64,000 nucleotides of DNA from a virus (Duplodnaviria; Caudoviricetes): positions 2,229 to 66,228 of IMG/VR virus record IMGVR_UViG_2690315780_000002; one strand, 5' to 3'. The notes below the pieces were generated by a model that worked only from the letters and a program-made list of their open reading frames with translations, had not been told where the DNA came from and did no database searches. The position numbers and the translations under genes were made by a program. Positions 19,907 to 30,883 of this stretch are shown here, piece after piece. Position 1 is the first letter of the stretch. Every line of letters begins with the position of its first letter.

Positions 19907-22900
19907 TTAATTAATTAGAAATTCTTCGCTTGAATCAGGAAATGCAAAAACTCTCCCCCTGAGAATAAACTCCGTCCACTCTCCAGCAACCCCTCCGGTC
20001 GCATAAGGTATTTTTATACCAACACTACTAATTCCCTTTCCCGCTGGTATTTTTACGACAAATTCGTTGCAAACATATTCATCTTTTCTAGCATTCGATG
20101 TATTTCCTGACCAGACCGAGACTGTTTTGACATTAAAAATTCCATCAACATAAATTTCAGCAACCCCTCTACCATCTCCCATGAATGGAGCCATATACCC
20201 CATTAATGCCCCGTTTGGTGTTTTTGTTCCAAACCAGTCAGGGATATAATCTTCTTGATGTAGTGAACCGCTAACCCACAAATAACATGGGGTATCTCGT
20301 TGTTTAAATTTAAACAACTCTTTTATTCCATCGCCTTTCCATCTATCATTTATATAAATCTCATCAGAAATTGAAACAATATTTCCTATTAGCTTTCCGG
20401 CCTTAACTGTTCCATTAAAATTTCCATCCGCACCATCGATAGTTCCCCGAAATGTCGCATTATTAAATTCAGCATTACCCGTATTAGCATCAATATTAAA
20501 TCCCGTCTTACCTAATTCGTAATTCTTGGACTTTATAGCTTCAGATAACACCATTTCACGAACATTCGCTTTATCTAAAAACGCCTCCTTAATAAAAAAC
20601 TGCCCATTTTTGGCATACATGAATAATTCCATCTTTCCATTTGCAGGGTTATACCAAGCAAAGTTATTCGCATTGTAACCAAAGAATGATTCGAGCTTTC
20701 CATTCTTAACTTGAGCACTAATCACTTGCCCTGCTGCGTTATAACTAACGCCATCATGTTTGATAGTAATATTTATTGAGTGCGCGACAACGCCATCACC
20801 CGTTTGATTGAAGGTAGCTTGCATCTTCTCCTGTATCATGCCCTCTTGCTCATCAAACTTAGCTTGAACTTGTGTTTTGTTTTCAGCAAATGCCTTGTTT
20901 GTGTTAGAGATGGCTTGAGAATTTGAAACAATATCGGCCTCAGCCTGATCAACCTTAGTACGTATTTCAGTAAAGCGCTGACCGATAGCCTCATCAAGCT
21001 TGGTAATTGACGTTTGAGTCTCTTTAATTGCAGACGTGTTATCACCAACCGCGGAGTAAATTTCTTTAACTTCCTGCGCCCATGCTTCGTTATCCGTTGC
21101 ACGAACTTGCCATAATTCGCGAATGCCCGCTTGTGATTGACCGTGTTTCATTAGCATGCTGCGTGATAGTTGAGAATCAGCGTTACTAAGAATAATCGCT
21201 GTCTCAGCATTCCAATCTAATCGCTCACTGAGTTGCTTACCCGCGTCAGTTGTCATGAAATGACCGTCTAGTTCATCGAGAATGGCTTCCGTGTTGTCAT
21301 CAGCCTGCCCCTTCGCTTCCACGAAATGAGATTTACCATATTCATTGACGCTTCGTACATAAAACCAGTAATCATGACCTGCCTTTAGCTGTCCTTTAGT
21401 CCAGAATTTAGCTCTACCTAAAAAATCAGCCTTTGACTCTATTTCATTGATATTATTAATTCTGTTTTCACCAGAAAACCAGAACTCAAACTCAGTATTT
21501 AAAGTGTGCGGCGCGGAAATATGAGGGATCAGTTTTATTTCAAAAAAACCAGACTCAACAGTTATTGAGCTAGGTGCGCTAGGCGTGCCAATAACCATCT
21601 GCACTTTTGATTCGTTGCCAAGCATCCCATTAGCATCTTTGCCTCGTACTCCAACAAGATAATCTCCAGATTCAAGTCCATTGAAGTAGTATTCAAGATC
21701 TGTTGTGCTTCCGGTAGATACAACCTTTCCGTCTTTATAGAGGGTGACATTAAATGATATGCTTCTATTGATGGTTGTTGTTGCCCACATAGCTCTAGCT
21801 TGAACTTGTGAGCTGTCATCAACGTAAGCAATAGAAAGATGCTCTATATTAGGAATGCGAATAACATTCTGTGTTGGCGGGTTTCCAGTAAAATCAACTC
21901 CATTATCAACAATACTTTCCTTTTGTGGCTCATGCTGAATGCAATTGTATAGATAGCTCCCTTCACTGTCTTCAGAGATGGAAATCACACGAAATAGTCT
22001 AGTGGTTAACGTACTCTTGGAAACAGAAAATACACCATACTGTTTCAGCCCGTTCGGGATCTCACGCAAAGTAACAACATCACCATCAATAGATTGAATA
22101 TCTACTTTCTCGAAACTACCTGATACCCCTAGAAATGAGAAAATACCTTTATCGTCATATTTCCACTCAATAGGCGCATCGATAATAATAGTGCGTTCAT
22201 TAACTGATAAAACTCGCCCACCCACCTTTGCTCCTGCAAAACTATCGTCTGCTACTTCAATAATGTCACCAGATATGCAGTTAATCCCCTCCCTTCCTGT
22301 TGAGAATGTGACACTATCTTTCTCCAGCTTTTCTGTCTGTAATATCCACTTACCCACTCTGTGAGCCTGACCGCGACTAGTGCAACCAAAAGCTGTGACT
22401 TTCTTGACATTTACACCACTGAACCGCTGAATAAGATCATCATCTTGGATGAATTCTCGCTCTTCGATCCAGCCGTTACTAGGATTTATCCACGACACCT
22501 CAATAGCGTTGTGTCGTGCTGATTTCGCTGTTGATGTATATTTAAATTTGCCATCAATAACGTTTGAGTTTGTGTACGTCCATACTGGATCGGATGGTCT
22601 ATCTTGAAAGCAAGTTAATTGTTGGCCATCCCATAAAGGCATGCCACGAAATACAGATGCTAAGTCATCAAGCACTTCTTTGGCTTTTCGTTGAGAGGTT
22701 ATGTAGGCATTAAAAGTAAAACGAGGCTCTTTATTACCAAACCCATCATCAACTAGTTCGTCACAGTAACGAGCAATGGCATATAATGCGAATTTATCAA
22801 CGCCAAACGAACCGATCATCTCTCCTATGCCGTATCGTTCATTAGTGACTAAATCGTAAAAAACCCATGCAGGGTTATTAGTCCATGCCGGCTTGAAGCG

Positions 22901-23686
22901 TCCAGTCCAAATCCCTGTGTAAGTGCGCATTTCTGGATTATAGTTATCAGGAACTTGGATAATCATCCCTTTGATATGATAGGTTCGATTGGGCGTATCA
23001 CCGTATTGGGATTTATCGATTTTCATCCCGACGACAGCAGAATTAGGGTAAGAAAATTTAGCATCGGTTATTTCTGTATAGCTTGCCCATACCGTTCCAT
23101 TTTTCAGCAAATCACTTTTACTATCTTCAGTTATACGGGAAACCCTGATTTGGAATGGTTTTTTTGTCGGCGCATCGATGATATGAGACTCAAGATATTG
23201 ACCGCTTATTTTACCTGGCCCTATTGTTACCTTTTCCGCATGCATCCAACCAGAGCCATCATTAATTTCAATAAGCATTTCCACAGTAGCATCGTACTGA
23301 TTCCCCTTATCGTCTTGACTAACAAGAGCAGAAACACCCAAAGTAAATCTAACGCGGTCAGTTTCCTGATCTGAAATGGTGCGTAAGATTGGTGTACTTT
23401 TTTTCACCTCTACATTGACAGGAATTTCTTTTTCTACAAAGGGAAAGTCCTCTAATGGCTCCTGTGTCGGTGTTCCTGCTCGCCACTGAACCTCAACACC
23501 ATGAATATTCGGATTTCCCTCTTCATCTACAACAGGAGTACCATTCAATAAAAAACCTGACATACCACCTACAGGGCCTTCTATTGGCCCTTCTGAAACT
23601 AAATCGATGACATTAAGAAATTGTTTGTTTTTTAAGTTGTCATCGAGCAACCTCGGAGTGCTTCCTCCACCGCCACCTTTACCCAT
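19907..23686 (-). CDS. Tail tip protein J (lambda-like host specificity)
   Basis: MGKGGG..IDLVSEGPIEG, WTNNPAWVFYD, AFGCTSRGQAHR. Confidence 0.93.
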   Translation of the reverse strand: MGKGGGGGSTPRLLDDNLKNKQFLNVIDLVSEGPIEGPVGGMSGFLLNGTPVVDEEGNPNIHGVEVQWRAGTPTQEPLEDFPFVEKEIPVNVEVKKSTPILRTISDQETDRVRFTLGVSALVSQDDKGNQYDATVEMLIEINDGSGWMHAEKVTIGPGKISGQYLESHIIDAPTKKPFQIRVSRITEDSKSDLLKNGTVWASYTEITDAKFSYPNSAVVGMKIDKSQYGDTPNRTYHIKGMIIQVPDNYNPEMRTYTGIWTGRFKPAWTNNPAWVFYDLVTNERYGIGEMIGSFGVDKFALYAIARYCDELVDDGFGNKEPRFTFNAYITSQRKAKEVLDDLASVFRGMPLWDGQQLTCFQDRPSDPVWTYTNSNVIDGKFKYTSTAKSARHNAIEVSWINPSNGWIEEREFIQDDDLIQRFSGVNVKKVTAFGCTSRGQAHRVGKWILQTEKLEKDSVTFSTGREGINCISGDIIEVADDSFAGAKVGGRVLSVNERTIIIDAPIEWKYDDKGIFSFLGVSGSFEKVDIQSIDGDVVTLREIPNGLKQYGVFSVSKSTLTTRLFRVISISEDSEGSYLYNCIQHEPQKESIVDNGVDFTGNPPTQNVIRIPNIEHLSIAYVDDSSQVQARAMWATTTINRSISFNVTLYKDGKVVSTGSTTDLEYYFNGLESGDYLVGVRGKDANGMLGNESKVQMVIGTPSAPSSITVESGFFEIKLIPHISAPHTLNTEFEFWFSGENRINNINEIESKADFLGRAKFWTKGQLKAGHDYWFYVRSVNEYGKSHFVEAKGQADDNTEAILDELDGHFMTTDAGKQLSERLDWNAETAIILSNADSQLSRSMLMKHGQSQAGIRELWQVRATDNEAWAQEVKEIYSAVGDNTSAIKETQTSITKLDEAIGQRFTEIRTKVDQAEADIVSNSQAISNTNKAFAENKTQVQAKFDEQEGMIQEKMQATFNQTGDGVVAHSINITIKHDGVSYNAAGQVISAQVKNGKLESFFGYNANNFAWYNPANGKMELFMYAKNGQFFIKEAFLDKANVREMVLSEAIKSKNYELGKTGFNIDANTGNAEFNNATFRGTIDGADGNFNGTVKAGKLIGNIVSISDEIYINDRWKGDGIKELFKFKQRDTPCYLWVSGSLHQEDYIPDWFGTKTPNGALMGYMAPFMGDGRGVAEIYVDGIFNVKTVSVWSGNTSNARKDEYVCNEFVVKIPAGKGISSVGIKIPYATGGVAGEWTEFILRGRVFAFPDSSEEFLIN

Positions 23687-24252
23687 TAAACAGTCTCCAA
23701 ACCTTGTGATATTACATTTGAACCCACAACCATCTCGCCATAACAGATAGGAACCGGATAGCCTTGCCCGACTCTATTTGATAACGAGCTGAAATATTGG
23801 TTACTTTCTGAATTTCGCCCCTCTATGCTCGGTGCCGGAGGTGTTTTGGTTAACATCGTTGCCAATCCCGCTGCGGCCACTCCAACACCAGCAGCAAATA
23901 ATGCCGTCGATGTCATTGTTGCTAAAAATCCACCCGGTATTAAAAAAGATGCACCAATTAACGCCGCTCCACCAATAATGCCTAGCCAACCACCAGATTT
24001 AGCACCACCAATGACAGGAACAATCGTAATAACATCACCTTCACTTAATGGTGTATTTAATCCCGCAGAAATGCTCTCCTTGGTCATATCATTACCTGCG
24101 ATACGAACACGAAACTGCCCTTGATTAATCTCTTTTTTCAGCCCATCAATTTGATAGCAAAGACAGCGCAAGGCTTCACCGGCATTGCTTACCTCAAGCT
24201 CGAACCGGCGTCCAAATCGGCGCAAATAGCCTGCAAGCTGTAATTTGACCAT
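23686..24252 (-). CDS. Tail assembly protein I
   Basis: ITIVPVIGGAKSGG, GYPVPICYGEMVVGSNVIS. Confidence 0.9.
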   Translation of the reverse strand: MVKLQLAGYLRRFGRRFELEVSNAGEALRCLCYQIDGLKKEINQGQFRVRIAGNDMTKESISAGLNTPLSEGDVITIVPVIGGAKSGGWLGIIGGAALIGASFLIPGGFLATMTSTALFAAGVGVAAAGLATMLTKTPPAPSIEGRNSESNQYFSSLSNRVGQGYPVPICYGEMVVGSNVISQGLETV

Positions 24253-24908
24253 TGTTTATGTCTCCAGATGCTGTGCGTGTATTTAAACCAGTAACCACCG
24301 TAAGTATCTCGCTTACTCAATCTGTCTGGCCTGTGATGCAATATCTCTTGATTTCCTAAGTACAAAGCGGCATGGCAAGGTTTTGAGGTGCCTAAACAAA
24401 TCAATATCATGTCGCCTTCTTGAGCTTCATCAACTTGATAGAAACCCTGTTTAACTGTGTTATCTAAATAGAGATTTTTCTCTGTGTACCACCATTCATC
24501 AGGGCGAATAAAATCATCTAACTGAATGTCTGAAAGGTGATAGGCGTCGCGTATAATGGAATAACAGTCCTGCTCACCATGCTTAAACTCTCTTCCTAAT
24601 AGTGGTGCTATTGGTCTGAACTTGTGGATCACACCATCACATACCAACCACCACGGTAGATTTGTCTTCCTTTGCATTGCTCTATCGCCAGAACTCAAGA
24701 AAGGCTTTCCGTCTGGGTGACTATGAACAATAGCTTTGACGTCTGAATAACACTCTGCTGTCATCCAGTCGTCTGGGTTAATTTCAAAATAGTTTTGCGG
24801 ATCTGGATGTATATTTCTGCAAGGGAAATACCTATCGCCAGAAATTAAGCCACACGACTCCCTTGCTCTTTCCGCTTTCGCGTGAGCGATAATGTCTTTC
24901 TCAATCAT
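24189..24908 (-). CDS. Tail assembly protein K (JAB and NlpC/P60)
   Basis: ESCG, HSHP, DCYS, HAALYLG. Confidence 0.9.
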   Translation of the reverse strand: MIEKDIIAHAKAERARESCGLISGDRYFPCRNIHPDPQNYFEINPDDWMTAECYSDVKAIVHSHPDGKPFLSSGDRAMQRKTNLPWWLVCDGVIHKFRPIAPLLGREFKHGEQDCYSIIRDAYHLSDIQLDDFIRPDEWWYTEKNLYLDNTVKQGFYQVDEAQEGDMILICLGTSKPCHAALYLGNQEILHHRPDRLSKRDTYGGYWFKYTHSIWRHKQWSNYSLQAICADLDAGSSLR

Positions 24909-24911
24909 GGA

Positions 24912-25610
24912 TTAACCTAATTTATTTGAGCCTAAATACCCGCCGAATGGCATGACAGATTTAAATCTTAATTTGCACCCGCTGTATTTATGAGAGCATT
25001 TGTCTTTTAAGGGATCGGTTGTTGGTTGGTCTTTTTCATCTGCAACAGGTGGCCCATCATAACCACAATCAAATCCTCGGTATCGCCATGAGCAAATGTC
25101 AGCTTGAATAACTCGCCTAGGTATCAGGGCGTTATCTGTTTCTGTTGGAAGCGCTAATATATACGTCACAAAATCAGAGTCTGAACTTTCTCGTTGTTCG
25201 ATAACGTATTTTTGAACAACCTCTCTTGTTGGATCTGCTTGTTGGTTCCCGTTGGGAAAATTAACAGCATCAAGATATTGCTCTAAAACCTGCCTGCGAG
25301 TAACGATAGCGCCTAGCGCATCATCATAATCATTGTTAATAGCAGTCAACATTCCGTCAAAGTTAGCAAACGTCATTTTTGGTCTGTCTGACGCACCCTG
25401 CGCTGTTACACTAAACCCTGTAACCTGAACAGGATAAGGTTCATATCGTAAGCCCTGCCAAATAATAGGTTTTAATAAGCCATTCATGCCGTCATGAAAC
25501 CGGTAAACGTCACCACCAAAACGACTCAAATCGACCTCATACAAATCTAACATTGCATTTTGCTGTAAGTCTGCAACGTCTATGCGCATCGCTTGAGGTA
25601 TATCTCTCAT
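24912..25610 (-). CDS. Minor tail protein L
   Basis: CSWRYRGFDCGY..DKC..GCKLRF..PFGGY Fe-S cysteines. Confidence 0.92.
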   Translation of the reverse strand: MRDIPQAMRIDVADLQQNAMLDLYEVDLSRFGGDVYRFHDGMNGLLKPIIWQGLRYEPYPVQVTGFSVTAQGASDRPKMTFANFDGMLTAINNDYDDALGAIVTRRQVLEQYLDAVNFPNGNQQADPTREVVQKYVIEQRESSDSDFVTYILALPTETDNALIPRRVIQADICSWRYRGFDCGYDGPPVADEKDQPTTDPLKDKCSHKYSGCKLRFKSVMPFGGYLGSNKLG

Positions 25611-25936
25611 GCAACAACCTCCTCAAATGTGCAATCTATCTGCCATACTGATGTTCTCGGCGTCACCTGCCAGCCTCGGCAAACAAATTTACGCTTAGAG
25701 TTATCATCACTGGTTAGCCATAAGAATGATTCAACCGCACCGCGCGCCTTAAGAAACTCATCAATCTGCTTACCTATGTCAGCATGTTTAATAAATGAAA
25801 GTTGATAGGTCTTTAATTGGTTGTTGATCCCGTCTTTAACTCGTTGTTCGTAACCGTTACCAAACTTGGCCACCTTCACCTTAGGATCATTACCCACTTG
25901 ATACGCTGTTTCAGGTCGCCATTTAAACTCTTCCAT
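25607..25936 (-). CDS. Minor tail protein M
   Basis: KFGNGYEQR..GIN, FLKARGAVESFLW. Confidence 0.9.
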   Translation of the reverse strand: MEEFKWRPETAYQVGNDPKVKVAKFGNGYEQRVKDGINNQLKTYQLSFIKHADIGKQIDEFLKARGAVESFLWLTSDDNSKRKFVCRGWQVTPRTSVWQIDCTFEEVVA

Positions 25937-26080
25937 TGGTTACTCCAATAAAAAAGGCGACACAAAGCCGCCTGATCAAATATCAGGATATTAATAAATA
26001 TCCATTAGGTTATTTTATATATTCAGCCCTGAGAGACTTACCGAAGGAATGGCTGATTTACTTCGGTGTGAGGGAATTTT

Positions 26081-26290
26081 ATGCAATTTAAACTGACTAG
26101 TGTTCGCTCTGTGAATCGGAGCGATGAATCAAATAAGCTCGAAGTTGGACTAATAGGCTCTGATGGATCAGTTCATAACTTTGACATTGATACCGCTGGT
26201 AAAAATGTCATGAATCTAACCTTAAGAGACATTGAAAAATTAGCAATTCAATATGCAAAAAATAGTTTTGCTAACTGTACTAACGGCTAA
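26081..26290 (+). CDS. Small moron gene antisense to the tail operon
   Basis: 69 aa, GAGG RBS inside a hairpin (26026-26074). Confidence 0.6.
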   Translation: MQFKLTSVRSVNRSDESNKLEVGLIGSDGSVHNFDIDTAGKNVMNLTLRDIEKLAIQYAKNSFANCTNG

Positions 26291-26525
26291 AGCTTTCGAC
26301 TGCAGTAATTCGCGTGCTTAGTATATCTAAATCACAGCTCGTTGCCTTTTGCATATCAGCGAGCTGTTTTTCCAGTGACTCAATTCTTTTCACTAAATCT
26401 TCTATTGATGGTGTAGATGATATTACTGCGGATTTAATCATCACACCTTTAGCTATTACATTGCCGTTACTATTTTTCATGATCCCATTACCATCCATCA
26501 TTAATATATTTTCTTGATTACTCAT
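26280..26525 (-). CDS. Hypothetical coiled-coil protein
   Basis: GAGG RBS, follows tape measure. Confidence 0.6.
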   Translation of the reverse strand: MSNQENILMMDGNGIMKNSNGNVIAKGVMIKSAVISSTPSIEDLVKRIESLEKQLADMQKATSCDLDILSTRITAVESFSR

Positions 26526-26540
26526 AACTACCTCTCTTAA

Positions 26541-29500
26541 TTACCAACTTCTTACTTTTTCCAAAGCACCACCGCTACGCATTTCGTTACCAAGTACGTC
26601 ATAAACCGTACCTTTCACCATTTGCTGTATCTGTTGTGCTGTCTTTTGAGTGATGCCATTAGGTGCTTGAACTTGGAATGTAAAGTTCATATCACCCATA
26701 TTGACACCGTTACCACCTTTACCCATTTGTCGATTACTAATAACTCGACCATTATCACCCGGTATCATGTACTGACTACCATTAGATGCTTTGAATATCT
26801 CAGGCTTCCCACCTTCACCCACTCTATACATAGAGCCAGCATTTACGGGTCCACCATTTTTACGAGCACCAGCAAGCGCAATCATAGCGGGAATAGCTGC
26901 TGCCATTGCTGCCATACCCCATGTGGCGGCAGAGCCCATAGTGGCAATACTGGTTGTCGCTGCCGCCGGAGCCATAGCATTTGTAATTGCTGCGCCAGTA
27001 GTTGTAGCATCCGCTATAGCTTGAGCATTGGAAGCCTTACGCATGGCGCTTTCAGTAACCATATTCTTAACCTGTTGCATACCCATTTGAACCAGAGCGC
27101 CAACGGCTTGGTCTACAATGGTTAAGGCGACATTACGGAAAGCATCGTTAAGGGATTGTGTACCTGTTAATAGCCCCGTGAGTACGTTAGTAGAGCGTTG
27201 TCCTAATGCGTCCAACCCATCAGCTAAGAATTGATTAGCTTGACTTTGATTGCGCCATATCTCCCATTGAGCATTTAACCGGTCTTGCTCATATTGAGTA
27301 TTAGCGGCATTCATTAACTCTAAACTTTGCTGTTGAGTTAAAACCTTTTGGTTTTCGTACTCTTTTATAAGTGCAAGTTTACGTTCGTGTTCGTTTTTGA
27401 GTTGCTGAACAGGGTCTACTTGTGCTTTTAAATTATCTTGCGGCGATACAGTTTTGTTCGCATTGGCTTCTGCGATTTTTTTAGAATACTCGCTAGCCAA
27501 TTCAAGCCTTCTTCTATGGTAATCTTCCTCAGTAACCAAATTACTTTGAAGCTGCCTTTCAAGTTGCTCAAGAGATAACTTGTATTCTTGATTTGCCTTT
27601 GCTTCTGGGTTTTGAGAGAAAGCATCTTTCCTATCTTGTATTTTCTGCTTTAAATCAAATTCCTTCCCAGCTAACTCTGTTATTTCTGCAATCTGCGCTT
27701 TCGTTGCTTTGCTACCAAGTTTTTGAACGGATTCAAGAATGGCAGCCTCGCGAGCAAGTCCTTTTGTTTCTAATTCAGCAACTTTTGTCGCATTGGCTAC
27801 ATCAGAGATCTTCTGCTTCAGCTTTTCAGCTTCAGTGGCTTCTTTTAATGCTGCGCTAGCAGCCTGTTTTGCTGTTTTAATTCCTTCTTTTTTTGCTTGA
27901 GTGTTTTCGTACTCTTGAGCTGCTAAATCTTGTAAATGACGAATTGCATCAGGATCTGTTATCCCTGCATCTTTAGCGTCATACATGGCTTTTAGCTTAG
28001 CTCTTTCAGCTCCCTCTAATTTAGATAGAGCAAGCCTTTCTTCCATTTGTTTTTTTAGCTTTTCACCTTCCTCACCACCAAAATTAAGTTTTGGCCTTAC
28101 AAGACTGAACTCTTCCTTTGCTCCAGTTGCCTCTCTTATCTGAGTTGTTAACCTTCCAAAAGCTGATTTCTCAATATCAAGAGTTGTTGCACTCTTAACA
28201 CTTAAGTCAATAGCTTCCTTTGCTTTCCTGTTGTATTCATCTTGAGCATCTGTGAGGTATTTTGTGGTTAACTCAAGGCGTTTTCTATTTGTAGATAAAT
28301 CACCTTCAAGCTTTGTAATTTCACGCAAGATCCTTGTGGTGTTTTTATCAATAAGTTCTGGCTGGTCTTTTAATGCAGTTTTTTGTAATTCAAGTTGAGC
28401 TCTTAATGCTGATAGCTGTTTTTCCTGCTCTTTCATCTCGAGGCGTAGTAGCTCTTGTTTATCTCTAGCATCTTGAGCATCTCTAGCAATCTCTTGATAT
28501 GAAAGCTCTTTTAATTTTACTGTTAACTGATCTATGCTATCAGCAAAATCTCTAGCCTCTTGTTTTGCTTGCTCTGATTTCTGATAGAAGTAATAGATTG
28601 CGGCACCAGCTAACATGGCCACACCAGCAGGGCCACCTAACATTCCCATAGCACCACGCAACAAACCCATAGATAATGATGCTGCCCTTGCTGCGGCTGC
28701 TGAGTTTGCCATTGCTGCTGTTTGCGCTTGTGTTGCTTGAGTTAATGTTATTGCAGCTTTTGAAGCTAATGATTTTTTAGCAATTAAGTTATCAAGAGCG
28801 GTTGCCTCCGCTAACGTTCCTTTCGCAACGTTATACTCTGCTTGAGCAAGAGCAACTGCAGATCTAGCAGAGGCTAAATCAGCCTGAGCCTTTCTGACTG
28901 ACATATTTGCAGCATACTCACTTGCTCTTGCTGATTGCAGTGTGGCAACTGACTCTTGACGAGAGGCGGCTGCCATCATCACTTTTGACTTAGTAGCCAT
29001 AGCCAAGGCGGCAACATATCTTGAGCCAACCACTGCTGCGATTACCGTCAAGACAGAACTAAGCTCATCTAAATTCTTACTAACAGTAATAACAGCATCA
29101 CTAAACGCACTAATGGTTGATTTTATTGTTGTATTTTCACCGAGAAACTTTGTTAGGTTATTACCTGCCTCTTGAAATGCCTGCGACATTGTTCGAGTTG
29201 TTTTAGCGAATTCCTTACCGATTGCATCACCTTGAGAGAGCAATCCTTTCACAACAACATCAGTAGTTAACTTTCCTTCCGCTGCCATCTTACGAAGTTG
29301 ACCAATGCCAACACCCATCGAGTCAGCAAGTGCAACCATCAAACGGCTACCCTGCTCTGCTACTGAGTTAAACTCCTCACCACGGAGAACGCCAGACGCG
29401 ATACCCTGCGATAGCTGAATAATGGCGTTTTCTGCTTCCTGTGCAGTTGCACCAGAGACGATAAATCCTTGGTTAATAATTGATGTTAATTTTGCCAAGT

Positions 29501-29900
29501 CTGCCGCTGATGTATTGTATTCTCTCGTTCCTCGCTCAAGACGTGCATAGAGTGTTGCTGTAGCATCAAGGCTAGAACGCGTTGCTTGAGAGATATCAAA
29601 CACACGCTGCGTGACATCAATAAGCGACTCGCTTGCACGAACAGAGTTGGATAGCTTGTTGTTTAATTCAGTCCACGCCTCGGAGTAACTGGCAACCATT
29701 GAAGCTGATAGATAGCCGGCAAGTGATGCGGCAACTTTGGATAAAGATAACATTGAACGTTCAGTGTTATTTACCGACTGAGACGTTCTGTTAAAGCTAT
29801 CATCCATGCGATTTAATCGCTGTTCTAGCTGTCGTTGAGATGTAAGTAGTTGCTGAACATCCATCTGTACTTGATAAACAATTTCGCCTACTTGTGCCAT
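26541..29900 (-). CDS. Tail tape measure protein (prophage 2)
   Basis: QLSQGIASGVLRGEEFNSV core; GGPV..YRVGEGGKPE C-terminus. Confidence 0.93.
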   Translation of the reverse strand: MAQVGEIVYQVQMDVQQLLTSQRQLEQRLNRMDDSFNRTSQSVNNTERSMLSLSKVAASLAGYLSASMVASYSEAWTELNNKLSNSVRASESLIDVTQRVFDISQATRSSLDATATLYARLERGTREYNTSAADLAKLTSIINQGFIVSGATAQEAENAIIQLSQGIASGVLRGEEFNSVAEQGSRLMVALADSMGVGIGQLRKMAAEGKLTTDVVVKGLLSQGDAIGKEFAKTTRTMSQAFQEAGNNLTKFLGENTTIKSTISAFSDAVITVSKNLDELSSVLTVIAAVVGSRYVAALAMATKSKVMMAAASRQESVATLQSARASEYAANMSVRKAQADLASARSAVALAQAEYNVAKGTLAEATALDNLIAKKSLASKAAITLTQATQAQTAAMANSAAAARAASLSMGLLRGAMGMLGGPAGVAMLAGAAIYYFYQKSEQAKQEARDFADSIDQLTVKLKELSYQEIARDAQDARDKQELLRLEMKEQEKQLSALRAQLELQKTALKDQPELIDKNTTRILREITKLEGDLSTNRKRLELTTKYLTDAQDEYNRKAKEAIDLSVKSATTLDIEKSAFGRLTTQIREATGAKEEFSLVRPKLNFGGEEGEKLKKQMEERLALSKLEGAERAKLKAMYDAKDAGITDPDAIRHLQDLAAQEYENTQAKKEGIKTAKQAASAALKEATEAEKLKQKISDVANATKVAELETKGLAREAAILESVQKLGSKATKAQIAEITELAGKEFDLKQKIQDRKDAFSQNPEAKANQEYKLSLEQLERQLQSNLVTEEDYHRRRLELASEYSKKIAEANANKTVSPQDNLKAQVDPVQQLKNEHERKLALIKEYENQKVLTQQQSLELMNAANTQYEQDRLNAQWEIWRNQSQANQFLADGLDALGQRSTNVLTGLLTGTQSLNDAFRNVALTIVDQAVGALVQMGMQQVKNMVTESAMRKASNAQAIADATTTGAAITNAMAPAAATTSIATMGSAATWGMAAMAAAIPAMIALAGARKNGGPVNAGSMYRVGEGGKPEIFKASNGSQYMIPGDNGRVISNRQMGKGGNGVNMGDMNFTFQVQAPNGITQKTAQQIQQMVKGTVYDVLGNEMRSGGALEKVRSW

Positions 29901-29968
29901 TTATCGGCTCCTTAAAATGAAAAACCCCGCCGATTGGCAGGGTTAGTGTGCTTGGTATGAGCGATTAT

Positions 29969-30820
29969 CTAAAAATTATCATAAACTGTGTCTAAGACTT
30001 CTTTAACCACGCTTATATATGAAATATCTATATCTTCATTGACTTTTCTTCTTTCAGGCCAACTAATATATTGAGTTATTGCTTTATTCCTTAAGCTATG
30101 GCTCTCCATTTCTTTCATTATTTTTTTAGTTTCTAAATTATCAAAATAATTAACTTGATTAACTATAATTGATGAGTGTGGCTTTTCACCGTCAATTCTA
30201 ATATAGCTTTTTTCCCCTGGATATATATCACCAACAATTGCTGATGTGTATTTCCCCCCAATTTTCATAATCATGAAATTACCATTAGAAGCTACACAGC
30301 TTACATTATCTGTCATAGCATCTTTGCTACAATGACCTACCCATGTTTTATGATCTCCATACCCAATCCCGCCTCCTACTATAAAAGTTCCATCGTCCGA
30401 GCTATGTCTAATCGTAACCTTTACTCCATTAACTAAAGCTCTCTCAGACATCTCTATTTTGAAAAAATCTTTATTTCTATAATCTTGTCTAAGTGAGCAC
30501 TCTGTATAACTATTATCAAACAATAATCCTTTTTTAAATGAAGATGGCGTTACTTTTACATTATCAATTGGTATATCAATGATGCCTGTGGAATTCATAT
30601 AATAAGAGCAGTTTGCATTTTTAATCTCCTCAACAGTTTCTAATATATGCGCTTGCTTTTTAGGAACAAAATATTTTTTATCTTGCTCGTTAATATTAAA
30701 TTTATCATCAATGTCATATATGAACTTATCAACCTGCTTATTAGTAGTTGTCGCAGGTTGTGTAGTACATCCTGATAATAAAGTTACCAATAATATCCCA
30801 CCAATATGATTTAAGTTCAC
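29969..30820 (-). CDS. Moron lipoprotein
   Basis: Signal peptide with lipobox LLSGC; AT-rich; terminator at 29920-29944. Confidence 0.7.
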   Translation of the reverse strand: MNLNHIGGILLVTLLSGCTTQPATTTNKQVDKFIYDIDDKFNINEQDKKYFVPKKQAHILETVEEIKNANCSYYMNSTGIIDIPIDNVKVTPSSFKKGLLFDNSYTECSLRQDYRNKDFFKIEMSERALVNGVKVTIRHSSDDGTFIVGGGIGYGDHKTWVGHCSKDAMTDNVSCVASNGNFMIMKIGGKYTSAIVGDIYPGEKSYIRIDGEKPHSSIIVNQVNYFDNLETKKIMKEMESHSLRNKAITQYISWPERRKVNEDIDISYISVVKEVLDTVYDNF

Positions 30821-30883
30821 AACACCATCCTCGTTAGTTAATTTGTTATTAGTTTAGCTGTTTGTGGTGCAAATGGGAGCAAA

